In this document: positions 9,928-18,696 of the stretch, piece after piece | How the letters are laid out: each line of letters begins with the position of its first letter | Position numbering within the stretch: position 1 is the stretch's first letter | NCBI GenBank assembly: GCA_949283575.1 | Contig: CASDSU010000028.1 | Coordinates: 128,849-192,848 of the forward strand | Source: an uncultured Eubacteriales bacterium | Lineage (GTDB): Bacteria; Bacillota; Clostridia; TANB77; UBA1234 | Direction: 5' to 3' | Length of the DNA: 64,000 nt | The notes under the pieces: model-generated | Told to the model about the DNA's origin: nothing | The model's input: only the letters and a program-made list of their open reading frames with translations | The model's database searches: none | Made by a program: the position numbers and the translations under genes

Positions 9928-10164
9928 TCACTTGTTCGGTTCTAGTATATTCCAATAACCTTTTCTATCAGAACCTATTCTTTCAATAATGTGTGTTTCT
10001 TTAAGTTTGCGTATATGATTTGTTATTGTACTTTTTCTAAATCCTGTTATTTCACATATTTCAACTTGTGTAATTTGAGGATTTTGATTCATTAGCTTAA
10101 TGATTTGAGAATCTATAATTTCTGTCTCTTTCTTCTGTCCATTTCTATTCACTTTCCAACACAT
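9928..10164 (-). pseudogene. orphan C-terminal winged-helix fragment, homologous to the HTH tail of the AlbA_2/HATPase_c_4 regulator at 13408..14871
   Basis: 78-aa ORF aligns to the C-terminus of the 487-aa protein (ILQFLADRDGAKNSEIANFIERSPSTTRKILAELKNKNII vs IIKLMNQNPQITQVEICEITGFRKSTITNHIRKLKETHII). It has no N-terminal domains and abuts the relaxase relic. Confidence 0.5.
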
Positions 10165-10180
10165 CTAAAATAGGTTGAAA

Positions 10181-10245
10181 ATAATGCTTATAGCAATGAG
10201 CTGAATATTTGTAGAAGGTTTATGTGGAGAAGAGAAATACTAAAA
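10181..10245 (+). repeat. relic of a second relaxase gene 3' end (about 63 bp, roughly 93% identical to 9128..9190)
   Basis: AATGCTTATAGCAATGAGCT[G]AA[T]ATTTGTAGAAGGTTTATGTGGAGA[A]GAGAAATACT matches the last codons of the relaxase at 7978..9276. Confidence 0.65.
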
Positions 10246-10396
10246 AAGAAACAAATATATTAAAAACACAAGAAATTTCTAAAGTCATTTTTAAAAGGAA
10301 AAAAGAAAAAGTACGATAATTATAAAAATGGCAAAGAAATTAAATCTCTGCCATTTCTTTATAACGAACTATTTTCACTCCTACTGATAATATTAA

Positions 10397-11533
10397 TTAC
10401 ATATTTTCAAAAAACAATTCATAAGTATTATCTGATTCATTTAAAAATTTTAATTCTACACACGAAAAATCCAACTCTTTTGGTATTTCAAAAACAACAT
10501 AAAATTGAGTAAGGTCTCCTTCGCAGTATTGCTTCTTTATTTCTCTTGGGATTATTGTTGCTCTAGTACTTCCTTCCAAAGCATTTTTTAAATCATAGGC
10601 TGAAACTGTAACTTCTGGTTTTACAGCAGAAAATGTTGATGTTGAATTAAACGGGAAATCTATATCAGTTAAATCTACATCAAATAATGCACAATACAAA
10701 TTTTTATTTTCATTTATTGTGTATTTAGGGAACAAACTTGTACCGCCATATCCTTCTGCAAAAGCTATATTATATTTACCAGCTTTTTCAAAAGCATTAT
10801 TATAATCTTCGATAATTTCAATAGCTGTGTTGCCACTATATATTTCTTTCATTTTTAAATGTAATGAACTCATTGAAATTTTATTATTTCCATTTTCATC
10901 AAGTCCAGTACCTGAGTGAAGATTAACAGTACCAGCTTGTCCTTTTAGGGCTGGTGTATCTGTATGAACCTTTGCTAAGGAAGCAAAACTTTCTTTTGGC
11001 AATTCTGGAATTTGAGTACTTGGTGTTATTCCTCTATACGTATCATCAAGTATTACAGAATTTGTGTTTCCATCCCATTTGATTTCTATATCAAACAAAT
11101 TTGAGATTGCACGTACAGGCAAATATGTAGTTCCTTGATAAGAAAGAGGATATACTACATTTTCGTTTACATCTTTAAAAGTTTGATACATTCCATCGTA
11201 TGAAACTCTTATTTTGTCATTTAATAGAACTTGAATATTTTCTGTAGGTTCAGCAATAAAATTTTCAATTGATTGCGCTGAAATTTTGTCTAATTCGCCT
11301 TCACCTAATTCTACAGCATTCAATTTTTGATTCCAATTAATTCTAATATTAAATATGCTAGAAATTGATCTTATTGGAAGATATGTAGTTCCTTCATAAG
11401 ATATAGGATAAACCTTCTGTCCACTTACATTTTTAAATTCTTGAATTTCATTATTATACAATATTTTCAATCCTTTGTTTAAAACTACATTAACATCTTG
11501 ACTTGCATATACGCAATTAGAGCAGAAAAACAT
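10397..11533 (-). CDS. secreted protein with two copper-amine-oxidase N-terminal-like (stalk) domains; probable true start upstream, disrupted by a T8 homopolymer
   Basis: Two repeats of Y.GTTYLP.R.IS..F...I.W. Removing one T from the run at 11553-11560 gives MKRIFLVISILAMFFCSNCVYA signal peptide in frame. Confidence 0.65.
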   Translation of the reverse strand: MFFCSNCVYASQDVNVVLNKGLKILYNNEIQEFKNVSGQKVYPISYEGTTYLPIRSISSIFNIRINWNQKLNAVELGEGELDKISAQSIENFIAEPTENIQVLLNDKIRVSYDGMYQTFKDVNENVVYPLSYQGTTYLPVRAISNLFDIEIKWDGNTNSVILDDTYRGITPSTQIPELPKESFASLAKVHTDTPALKGQAGTVNLHSGTGLDENGNNKISMSSLHLKMKEIYSGNTAIEIIEDYNNAFEKAGKYNIAFAEGYGGTSLFPKYTINENKNLYCALFDVDLTDIDFPFNSTSTFSAVKPEVTVSAYDLKNALEGSTRATIIPREIKKQYCEGDLTQFYVVFEIPKELDFSCVELKFLNESDNTYELFFENM

Positions 11534-11641
11534 TGCAAGTATCGAAATTACTAAAAAAAATTCTTTTCATATTTCATACCTCTTTTCTTTCGATTTGTTA
11601 ATTATATTATATCATTTTTAACTGTTACATTATAGAAAATT

Positions 11642-12508
11642 TTATTGTTTTAAGAATTCTTTACAAGCTTGATAAGAATATGTTACAAGATTTGCTAAAG
11701 ATTTATAATTCATTTCATAAAATGGTTTAACAAATTCGGTACTAATCTCTTTGCTGTTGTATGTTATAGATAAATGAGAGTATTTCTTAATAATTTTATC
11801 TAATTCTTCTTTTGATTTTAACTCATTTTCGTTAATTATAAATTTGCAATAAATTTTATATGTTGTTACTGGTGTACGTCGTATTTTTTTAGATACAATC
11901 TTAAATTCGAAGTAATTTCCATTACTATCTTTATAACCATTTTTATTTTCTAATTCTGAAATTTGTTTTCTTAAATTTCCAATAGCAAATTCTTCATCTG
12001 GAATAAATTTTTTTGAAGATTTTTTCTGTGTTTTTAATATATCCACTTGATTTTTCAGTTTTTTAATTTCTTCTCTTTTATTAAGACATTCGGTCAACTG
12101 ATATCTTTCAAATAAATATTCATCTAAATTATAATACCAAATACTTTTATAATAATCTGAAATTACAACTGTTGCTATGCCAACTCCGCAAGCAATTGGA
12201 AGTATAACTGCAATAATTATACTTAATACATTATTAATAGTTATTAAATTTATTATAAATGATATTAAAGATATAAATATAATTCCGAATACACCTAAAA
12301 ACACTTTGACTCTAGTTTCTTTTTTATTCTTTTCTTTCAATTTCTTGTATTCTTCATCTGAAATCTGTGTTATTTCCTTTATATCTTTATATCTTTTTCT
12401 GTAATCAATTCTTTTACCTATATCTAATCCTAATCCACTTCTAATCTCACTTGTTATTAATAAACCTATAAATATTATTATTAAATATATTATTGTTTTT
12501 AAGTTCAT
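11642..12508 (-). CDS. membrane protein with coiled-coil region (hypothetical)
   Basis: N-terminal TM, second TM pair, K/E-rich helix; RBS present. Confidence 0.5.
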   Translation of the reverse strand: MNLKTIIYLIIIFIGLLITSEIRSGLGLDIGKRIDYRKRYKDIKEITQISDEEYKKLKEKNKKETRVKVFLGVFGIIFISLISFIINLITINNVLSIIIAVILPIACGVGIATVVISDYYKSIWYYNLDEYLFERYQLTECLNKREEIKKLKNQVDILKTQKKSSKKFIPDEEFAIGNLRKQISELENKNGYKDSNGNYFEFKIVSKKIRRTPVTTYKIYCKFIINENELKSKEELDKIIKKYSHLSITYNSKEISTEFVKPFYEMNYKSLANLVTYSYQACKEFLKQ

Positions 12509-12724
12509 TTTTAAACTCCTTTATTTAAACTTCGTCAATCACTAATATATATTCTAAAATTATGTTATTTTCCATATAGCAACCATCCATTTTCGGCCGA
12601 GGTACATTTTTTAGTAATTATATGAGATATCTTGCAGTACAATTATTTATATATATTTCTCGTACCAATGGTGCGAGTATTGTACGACATTTTTCGTCGC
12701 ACATTTTATGAAATTATCTATGCA

Positions 12725-13333
12725 TTAACTTGATTTTAAACAATCTAATAATTCCATCCAACTTCTTTTGTCACATTCAAAACCATAATCTTCCGCATTT
12801 TCGAGTTCGAATATCATTTTTTCTTTTATCTCATTGGTTATTACCTCAACATTAGCAATAATAAAACTAAGAATTACACCTGTTATATATGTTTTTCTTC
12901 CTAAACCGTATTTTATTGCTTCTAGCATTAATAGTTCCAATTCATTGTTCGTAATGTTGATATCTATAACACCATCAAATTGTTTATCTTCAAATGATTG
13001 TTGCAGAGCTTTTTCTATCTTATTAGCAAAAGTAAGCCACTTCTCTTCATTATCTAAAGGTCCATAGAGTGGACTTGCGTTTCTTTCTTTGATATCTCTA
13101 ATAAAAATCATTTTCATTTTTTCTGACATATAATCAAGATTATCTATAACTATTTTCTGAAAAGTATCTAATTCAATATATTTAGCAGTATCTCTTAATT
13201 CGTTTCTTAATACACTAGCTAAAATTAATTCAAAATATAAATTTTTATTATTTATTTTCATAAAATCACCACTTTCTTGATTTATTATCTGTGAAATTTC
13301 CTGTGAAGTTATCTGTGCAGAATAATGCGACAA
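12725..13333 (-). CDS. hypothetical protein
   Basis: ORF with plausible internal start MKINNKN; no recognisable domain. Confidence 0.45.
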   Translation of the reverse strand: MSHYSAQITSQEISQIINQESGDFMKINNKNLYFELILASVLRNELRDTAKYIELDTFQKIVIDNLDYMSEKMKMIFIRDIKERNASPLYGPLDNEEKWLTFANKIEKALQQSFEDKQFDGVIDINITNNELELLMLEAIKYGLGRKTYITGVILSFIIANVEVITNEIKEKMIFELENAEDYGFECDKRSWMELLDCLKSS

Positions 13334-13344
13334 AAGTGCGACAT

Positions 13345-13413
13345 TACTCGCTCACTACTCGCTTTTACTCGCTCATTACTTGTTTCTACTCGCTCATTAC
13401 TCGCTTATTACAT
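13345..13413. repeat. tandem array of about 6.5 copies of a 10-11 bp unit TACTCGCT(C/T)(A/T)(C/T), helical-phase periodicity
   Basis: tactcgctcac|tactcgcttt|tactcgctcat|tacttgtttc|tactcgctcat|tactcgcttat|tacattc. Unit is the reverse complement of the GTGCGAGTA/GAGCGAGTA motif found at 9848 and 12676. Confidence 0.75.
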
Positions 13414-14871
13414 TCTTATTTTATATTTTCCTTTTGGGTCATTTTGAGATATTCCGTTCCAATAAATTATATTTTTATTTTTTAATTCAGCTAAAATTTT
13501 TCTTGTTGTAGAAGGGCTTCTTTCAATAAAATTTGCGATTTCTGAGTTTTTGGCACCGTCTCTATCTGCTAAAAATTGTAAAATTTTTCTTTCTGTTTCA
13601 TTGAAATTGTTCCAATTATCACTTATTGCACTATTCTTCTTTAAATCATCTTCTTGTCTTGCGTTTCTAGATAAATAATTATTTTTTAAAGTCAAAATAA
13701 ATATATCACTACTTGTTACTTTAAATTCGGGTTCTTCTAAAAAATATTTTTTCATTTCTCTATAAATTCTTGGTATTCCTTCGCTTAGTTCTCTTACAAC
13801 ACCAAATTCAGTTAAAGTTCTGGCTATAACACGATTTCTAGAGTATCTTTCTGTTTGTAAATTCTCTAAAGTTACTAATCCAGCAAGTTTTCCAGGACTT
13901 CTAATTTCCATTCTGTTGTTATAAATAAAAATCTTTATATATTCTCCACCCATTACATAATTTCTATGTGTAACAGCATTTGTAACACCTTCAACATAAG
14001 TGAATTCAGGGTATTCAGGTATAGTTTCAAATTCCCCTTCTGAATTTAAGTGTGTAGAATCTCTTAACTGTGTATGAACAAATTCTGGAACTTCCTTTAT
14101 TGCTTTATATAGTGGCAAGGCAAAAGTTTTATCTTTAATAATATTTAAATCTTTTCCGGGTAACATTTCATTTCCATCAAATTTTACAATTCTAATTCTG
14201 GCTGTAGGCAAATAAATTGATGGATCTTGAGCAAATAATAGTACGCCTGCTTTAGTTAATAATTTTTGTCCATTCACAATACTTTCTCTTAAAAAACCTC
14301 TAGCTCTTAAGACTTCTTCATCAGATTTATCTTCAGCGTCTATTTTTTGTTTATATATGCTTAAAACTTCCTTATCTATTATATCAATTGTAGCATAAGG
14401 AACCAACTCATCTTCAAATGAAACATCGGGTCTATCCATTTTCAATACTTGGATTTGCTCATCTGTTAATTTGATAGTTGAGTCACCTCGTCTTAAATAC
14501 ACTTCATCTTTTTGATTTCTAATTAATTTATTTAAACTAATCGCAATATGAAGTAACAAAACAGTATCATCTTCATTTTTTACATTTACTACGCTTAATT
14601 CTTCATATTTGATTTCTGGTTCTGCATTTAAATATTGAACACTTTTTCTAAATTGATTTAACTTATCTGGACAACTATTAAATCCAACAATCTCTCCATT
14701 GTTAGAAATTCCTACAGCAAGTATTCCTCCATCTGCATTTGCCATACCTGCAATATGATTTGCAAGGTCTAGTTCACTTATACTTGAACTTTTTCTATCA
14801 AAATTTTGATTTTCTCTGTTATTACATAAATATTCTAATGTAATAGCAGGATTTATTTTAGATGAAATCAT
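13408..14871 (-). CDS. AlbA_2 (Schlafen-like) / HATPase_c_4 / winged-helix putative ATP-binding regulator (RecG-C-terminal-like family)
   Basis: Architecture typical of the 'putative DNA-binding / ATP-dependent DNA helicase RecG C-terminal' family; C-terminal wHTH; operonic with the upstream gene (14-nt gap). Confidence 0.6.
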   Translation of the reverse strand: MISSKINPAITLEYLCNNRENQNFDRKSSSISELDLANHIAGMANADGGILAVGISNNGEIVGFNSCPDKLNQFRKSVQYLNAEPEIKYEELSVVNVKNEDDTVLLLHIAISLNKLIRNQKDEVYLRRGDSTIKLTDEQIQVLKMDRPDVSFEDELVPYATIDIIDKEVLSIYKQKIDAEDKSDEEVLRARGFLRESIVNGQKLLTKAGVLLFAQDPSIYLPTARIRIVKFDGNEMLPGKDLNIIKDKTFALPLYKAIKEVPEFVHTQLRDSTHLNSEGEFETIPEYPEFTYVEGVTNAVTHRNYVMGGEYIKIFIYNNRMEIRSPGKLAGLVTLENLQTERYSRNRVIARTLTEFGVVRELSEGIPRIYREMKKYFLEEPEFKVTSSDIFILTLKNNYLSRNARQEDDLKKNSAISDNWNNFNETERKILQFLADRDGAKNSEIANFIERSPSTTRKILAELKNKNIIYWNGISQNDPKGKYKIRM

Positions 14872-14885
14872 AAGTTACCTCCTAA

Positions 14886-15815
14886 TCACTTATTTTTTCT
14901 TTTTCTAGTATTAGCTATATTAGCCTTATTTCTACATGTTGTTGTATCATATTCAGCTTTTAAATTTTCAGCTATAAATGGTTTTCCACAATATTTACAT
15001 AGCCTAACTTCTGTTCTGCCATTTGTTTCGTTTAATAATAACATTGCATTAATTGCAGCTCTCAACGAATGAAAATTCCACTGAAATTTTATTTTTCCAT
15101 TTTCTATACCATATTTAAAATTAATTTTATATACTTCTTGGTTAAGTATCGTTTCGGCATAAAATTCTTTTAAATCAGGTTCTAAGTTACCATATAAATA
15201 AGTACCAATTACTCCTTTAGTGACATATACGCTTTCAGCAAAATCTATAATTTCAGATATTGGCTCTGCATAATTCTTTGAAAAAATAAAATCATTTAAA
15301 CGGTCACCTTCAACTTGTATAAGATTAGCGTCTAAACCAGAATTTCGGTGCAAATCATTAACTGTCATTTTTTTAGACCAATCAATCTTTTTATCAGGCC
15401 AAAAATATCTTTGCTCAAAATCTATTATTGATAATGAACTATCTAATTTTGAAGAATATGAGATTTCATTATCTTTCTCTAAAAAGTCAAAATTTTTAGG
15501 AAAATATCTAAAATTGCCTAACAACCCATATTTTGATACAAAATCTAACACAACTTTTTGAAATTCTTTTGTTTTACTCTTTGCTTCATAAGTTAAATTA
15601 GTATTGGTAAATTTTATAGTTTCATCTCCATTTACCATTTCGCCTATAATCATTAAATCCTTTAAAATATCATTTTTAATTTCAAAAGGGTCATAGGTAA
15701 TAGGCACTGCGTTTTCATCAGGTAAAACATAAAGAATATTATTATTTTTTTCAATTTTATATTTACTATACTTACACCATTTTGACATAAATTCGATTTT
15801 TTCTTCTTTTATCAT
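14886..15815 (-). CDS. hypothetical protein with C-terminal zinc-ribbon-like motif (CKYCGKPF...C) and basic tail
   Basis: ORF with RBS; CxxC...C at C-terminus followed by RKRKNK; no known domain recognised. Confidence 0.5.
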   Translation of the reverse strand: MIKEEKIEFMSKWCKYSKYKIEKNNNILYVLPDENAVPITYDPFEIKNDILKDLMIIGEMVNGDETIKFTNTNLTYEAKSKTKEFQKVVLDFVSKYGLLGNFRYFPKNFDFLEKDNEISYSSKLDSSLSIIDFEQRYFWPDKKIDWSKKMTVNDLHRNSGLDANLIQVEGDRLNDFIFSKNYAEPISEIIDFAESVYVTKGVIGTYLYGNLEPDLKEFYAETILNQEVYKINFKYGIENGKIKFQWNFHSLRAAINAMLLLNETNGRTEVRLCKYCGKPFIAENLKAEYDTTTCRNKANIANTRKRKNK

Positions 15816-16018
15816 TTCATCACCTCAAAAAAATTCATAAAAACACAAGAAAAATCTTGACTTATTTCGAATGATAATATATATTTGAAATAAGTTAGAA
15901 ACTATAATATTTCTAACACATTATAGTTTGTTTCTAAGATATATTTAAATTATATATCAAAAGTATTACAAAGTCAAATATATCTAAAGTAAAAAATGAT
16001 GAAAGGAGGGATGAACAC

Positions 16019-16222
16019 ATGAGAGATAAAGCTTTAGAATCAAAACCAATGCCAGTACTGTACTCAACAGATGATGTATGCAAAATGTTTCATATCAGTA
16101 GGCTTACTTGTCTAAACCTATTTCGCAGAAATGACTTTCCAGCTCAAAAGTTTGGACGAGCCTACAAAGTGGAAGCAAATGCACTAAATGAATATCTTAG
16201 CAAAAGACATATCTTGGCATAA
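16019..16222 (+). CDS. xis: excisionase-family DNA-binding protein (Xis, MerR-like HTH)
   Basis: 67 aa, small basic HTH protein immediately upstream of the integrase; RBS AAAGGAGGGATG. Confidence 0.65.
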   Translation: MRDKALESKPMPVLYSTDDVCKMFHISRLTCLNLFRRNDFPAQKFGRAYKVEANALNEYLSKRHILA

Positions 16223-16362
16223 AAAGAAAGAAGACTTAGAAAATGGCGTTTCTAAATCTTCAACACGAACCAGGGAATGTCCCAAGCTCTAACCTATGAG
16301 AAGATTATAACACAATAAAGTAATAGTTTTCAAGACATTCCCTTAAATTTTAAGAGGGATCT

Positions 16363-17778
16363 ATGAAAAAACTTATCGAAGGACGCGACTATTCAGTCAA
16401 TAAGTTCGTAACAAAAGATAAAAGAATTAGCTCTAATAGAAATATATGTCCTACTTGCAAAGATTGCAGCCATAAAAAACTATGTAGCAACAGAGCAACT
16501 CTATACACAATGAAGAAATGCGATAAATGTAGAGAATGCTTAGATAACGACAATTGTGATAAATATTATATCTATGTTAGATATAAAGCCGAAATCTTGA
16601 ATTTAGGGCATAATGAAATAACAGGAGAGCAAATAAGAAAACAATTCAGTGGAAAAACTAAAGAAGAAGCAGTTCAAAATTTATATAAGGCCTACGATGA
16701 AGTAATCAATAATAAGTCCAAAGAAAAAGAGACAAAAATCATTGAAGTATCAATAGTTAGCATAGCAACATCTCTTGAAGAAAAGAAACTCAAGAAAGGA
16801 CTTATTAAATCAAATGGATACAAAACGAATGCAGACACAATAAATAGAATTGGTAAAAACAAATTTGCAAATATTCCAATTCAAAATGTGACTAAAAAGC
16901 AAATTGAAGATTTCTTAGAAGAAGAAAGAAAAAACTTTAATTCTACTATCGGAAAGGATTTCAGAATTCTTAAAGGTGCATATAAAGAGGCACATAGAAA
17001 AGGTTTAATCAAAGAAAATTACTTTGACTCTGATGATCCAATAGAAAAGCCAAAAAGTCATAAGCAAGAAAAGAAAGTTGTAGCTTTAACAGCAAAAGAA
17101 CAATATCTTTTAGAAAGATATATCAATGAAAATTATTCAAAATATAACAACATCTTATTGCTATGTTTATACACAGGAATGCGAATTGGAGAAGTGTTAT
17201 CTTTAAGTCCTGATGCTATAACTTATGACAGTAAAAATGGCACTATCAATATAACAAGAACTTTAACAAGAGATAAAAATGGCAAAGTTATTATAGGAGA
17301 TGTGCCTAAAACTAAGAATGGTATTAGAAGAGTTGACCTAAGAGAAAATTCTAAAAGAGTTCTAGATAATGCACTTAAAGATATGAAGCCTAATCCTTAC
17401 AATGTAATATTTGCACAAGAAAATGGAGAGCTATACAAAGAAAGTATAATTAACAATGCTTTTAAAAGAATTGCAAAGAACGCAGGAATCAAAGTTATAA
17501 CTACCAAGAAGAAAAAGAAGAATGGAAAAACAGTAAATCTAAAATCTAGCACTGTAAATACACATATGCTTAGGCACACCTTTGCAACAAGATGTATCGA
17601 GGCAGGAGTTCCACTTCATATTCTTCAAAAAGTATTAGGTCATTCAAAATTCAAACAACTATTGATACATACGGAGATATCTACGATTACTTCAGGCAAA
17701 AAGAAATGGAAAAGTATGATGAATATATGGCAGAAATACACAATTCATTTAAGAAAGAATGCAAAAAATAAAATATAA
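16363..17778 (+). CDS. int: tyrosine-type site-specific integrase with Cys-rich N-terminal domain; C-terminus frameshifted at an A4 run (17646-17649) before the catalytic Tyr
   Basis: Conserved HMLRHTFATR and VLGHS motifs. The canonical ending ...IQTTIDTYGDIYDYFRQKEMEKYDEYM... is only in the +1 frame, recovered by inserting one A. Confidence 0.75.
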   Translation: MKKLIEGRDYSVNKFVTKDKRISSNRNICPTCKDCSHKKLCSNRATLYTMKKCDKCRECLDNDNCDKYYIYVRYKAEILNLGHNEITGEQIRKQFSGKTKEEAVQNLYKAYDEVINNKSKEKETKIIEVSIVSIATSLEEKKLKKGLIKSNGYKTNADTINRIGKNKFANIPIQNVTKKQIEDFLEEERKNFNSTIGKDFRILKGAYKEAHRKGLIKENYFDSDDPIEKPKSHKQEKKVVALTAKEQYLLERYINENYSKYNNILLLCLYTGMRIGEVLSLSPDAITYDSKNGTINITRTLTRDKNGKVIIGDVPKTKNGIRRVDLRENSKRVLDNALKDMKPNPYNVIFAQENGELYKESIINNAFKRIAKNAGIKVITTKKKKKNGKTVNLKSSTVNTHMLRHTFATRCIEAGVPLHILQKVLGHSKFKQLLIHTEISTITSGKKKWKSMMNIWQKYTIHLRKNAKNKI

Positions 17779-18381
17779 AAGTCAAACTAAATATTTCTGG
17801 AACTTAAGTTCCAAATAAGCATAAAATGCGAAAGACTTGAAATGATTTACGTGTTTTTACAAAAAAAGATTGGTGGTGAAATCACGTGATTACAATGCGA
17901 AAAAGCATAACAAATTTAAGAGATAGCAAAAAAGAGTTTATTTTAGATTGTAAGATTAGAAATCTAAATGTAGAAACAGACGCATTTACAATTCATCTAT
18001 TGCCTGATGATAAAATGAGACCGTTTTCTAATAAATACTAAATATAAAAAAGGACAAGAGCCCGGAAGAAGACTCATTGTCCTTTGCTATTTCTTAAAAA
18101 TTCTCTTGTGATTATATTGCAATTTTCTTAAATTTAAACCCAATCGCATTTTTTCCTTATTTGTAAGATTAAAAGCGTTGCTAATATATCCTTTTTAATC
18201 TCCACATTATAATCATCTAAATTTCTTGCTTTTTTCATCTATTTCCAAAAATACAAAAAATACATTGTAATAAATAACAAACTATATTTTATTACATTTT
18301 CTAGCATTAACTTTATTTCTTTTTTTAAATATTTTTTAAACTTTCTTTTAAATACGGTGTCATCCTCAATTTAAATCATCT

Positions 18382-18684
18382 CTACATATAATCCTTCGTT
18401 CCTTGTATAACCCTCTTCATAAAATTCATATACAAAACTGCTTCTTCCCTTTTTTCATACCCATCAAAAACATCAATCAAACATTCTTTTATCGAATCCA
18501 TTTCTTCTTTAAAATATTCTAACTCAGGAAGCTCTCTAATCATCTTTTCAAGCGAACTTGCAAACTCCAATTCATTTTCTGTTACCATTAACTCATAAAC
18601 TTCCTTAATAGTCTTCTCAATCATACTAACTTCTGTTTTCATTTTCATTATTTTTGGAACCAGCGTATTCGTATTTAATTTCAT
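18382..18684 (-). CDS. small helical acidic protein, partner of the upstream multi-AAA gene
   Basis: 100 aa; RBS AGGAGGAG; 12-nt gap to upstream gene. Confidence 0.5.
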   Translation of the reverse strand: MKLNTNTLVPKIMKMKTEVSMIEKTIKEVYELMVTENELEFASSLEKMIRELPELEYFKEEMDSIKECLIDVFDGYEKREEAVLYMNFMKRVIQGTKDYM

Positions 18685-18696
18685 AACAAGCTCCTC

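Larger units (their letters stand above)
6100..17830. mobile_element. integrative mobilizable element (IME or mobilizable transposon), apparently composite, inserted downstream of tRNA-Gln; boundaries approximate
   Basis: Gene content RepA_N - TnpV - hypothetical - oriT - MobC - relaxase ... Xis - tyrosine integrase. Sits adjacent to the tRNA pair. Possible related end motifs TTAGGTTCCAAAAG (6147-6160) and TTAAGTTCCAAATAAG (17804-17819). Confidence 0.6.

Noticed and set aside
13291-13485. 64-aa ORF spanning the 11-bp tandem array
   Set aside because: It is a translation of the repeat (RFYSLITCFYSLITR), not a gene.
17896-18042. 48-aa ORF MRKSITNLRDSKKEFILDCK... just right of the integrase
   Set aside because: It is too short, has no clear RBS, and lies in a possible att or end region; left unannotated.
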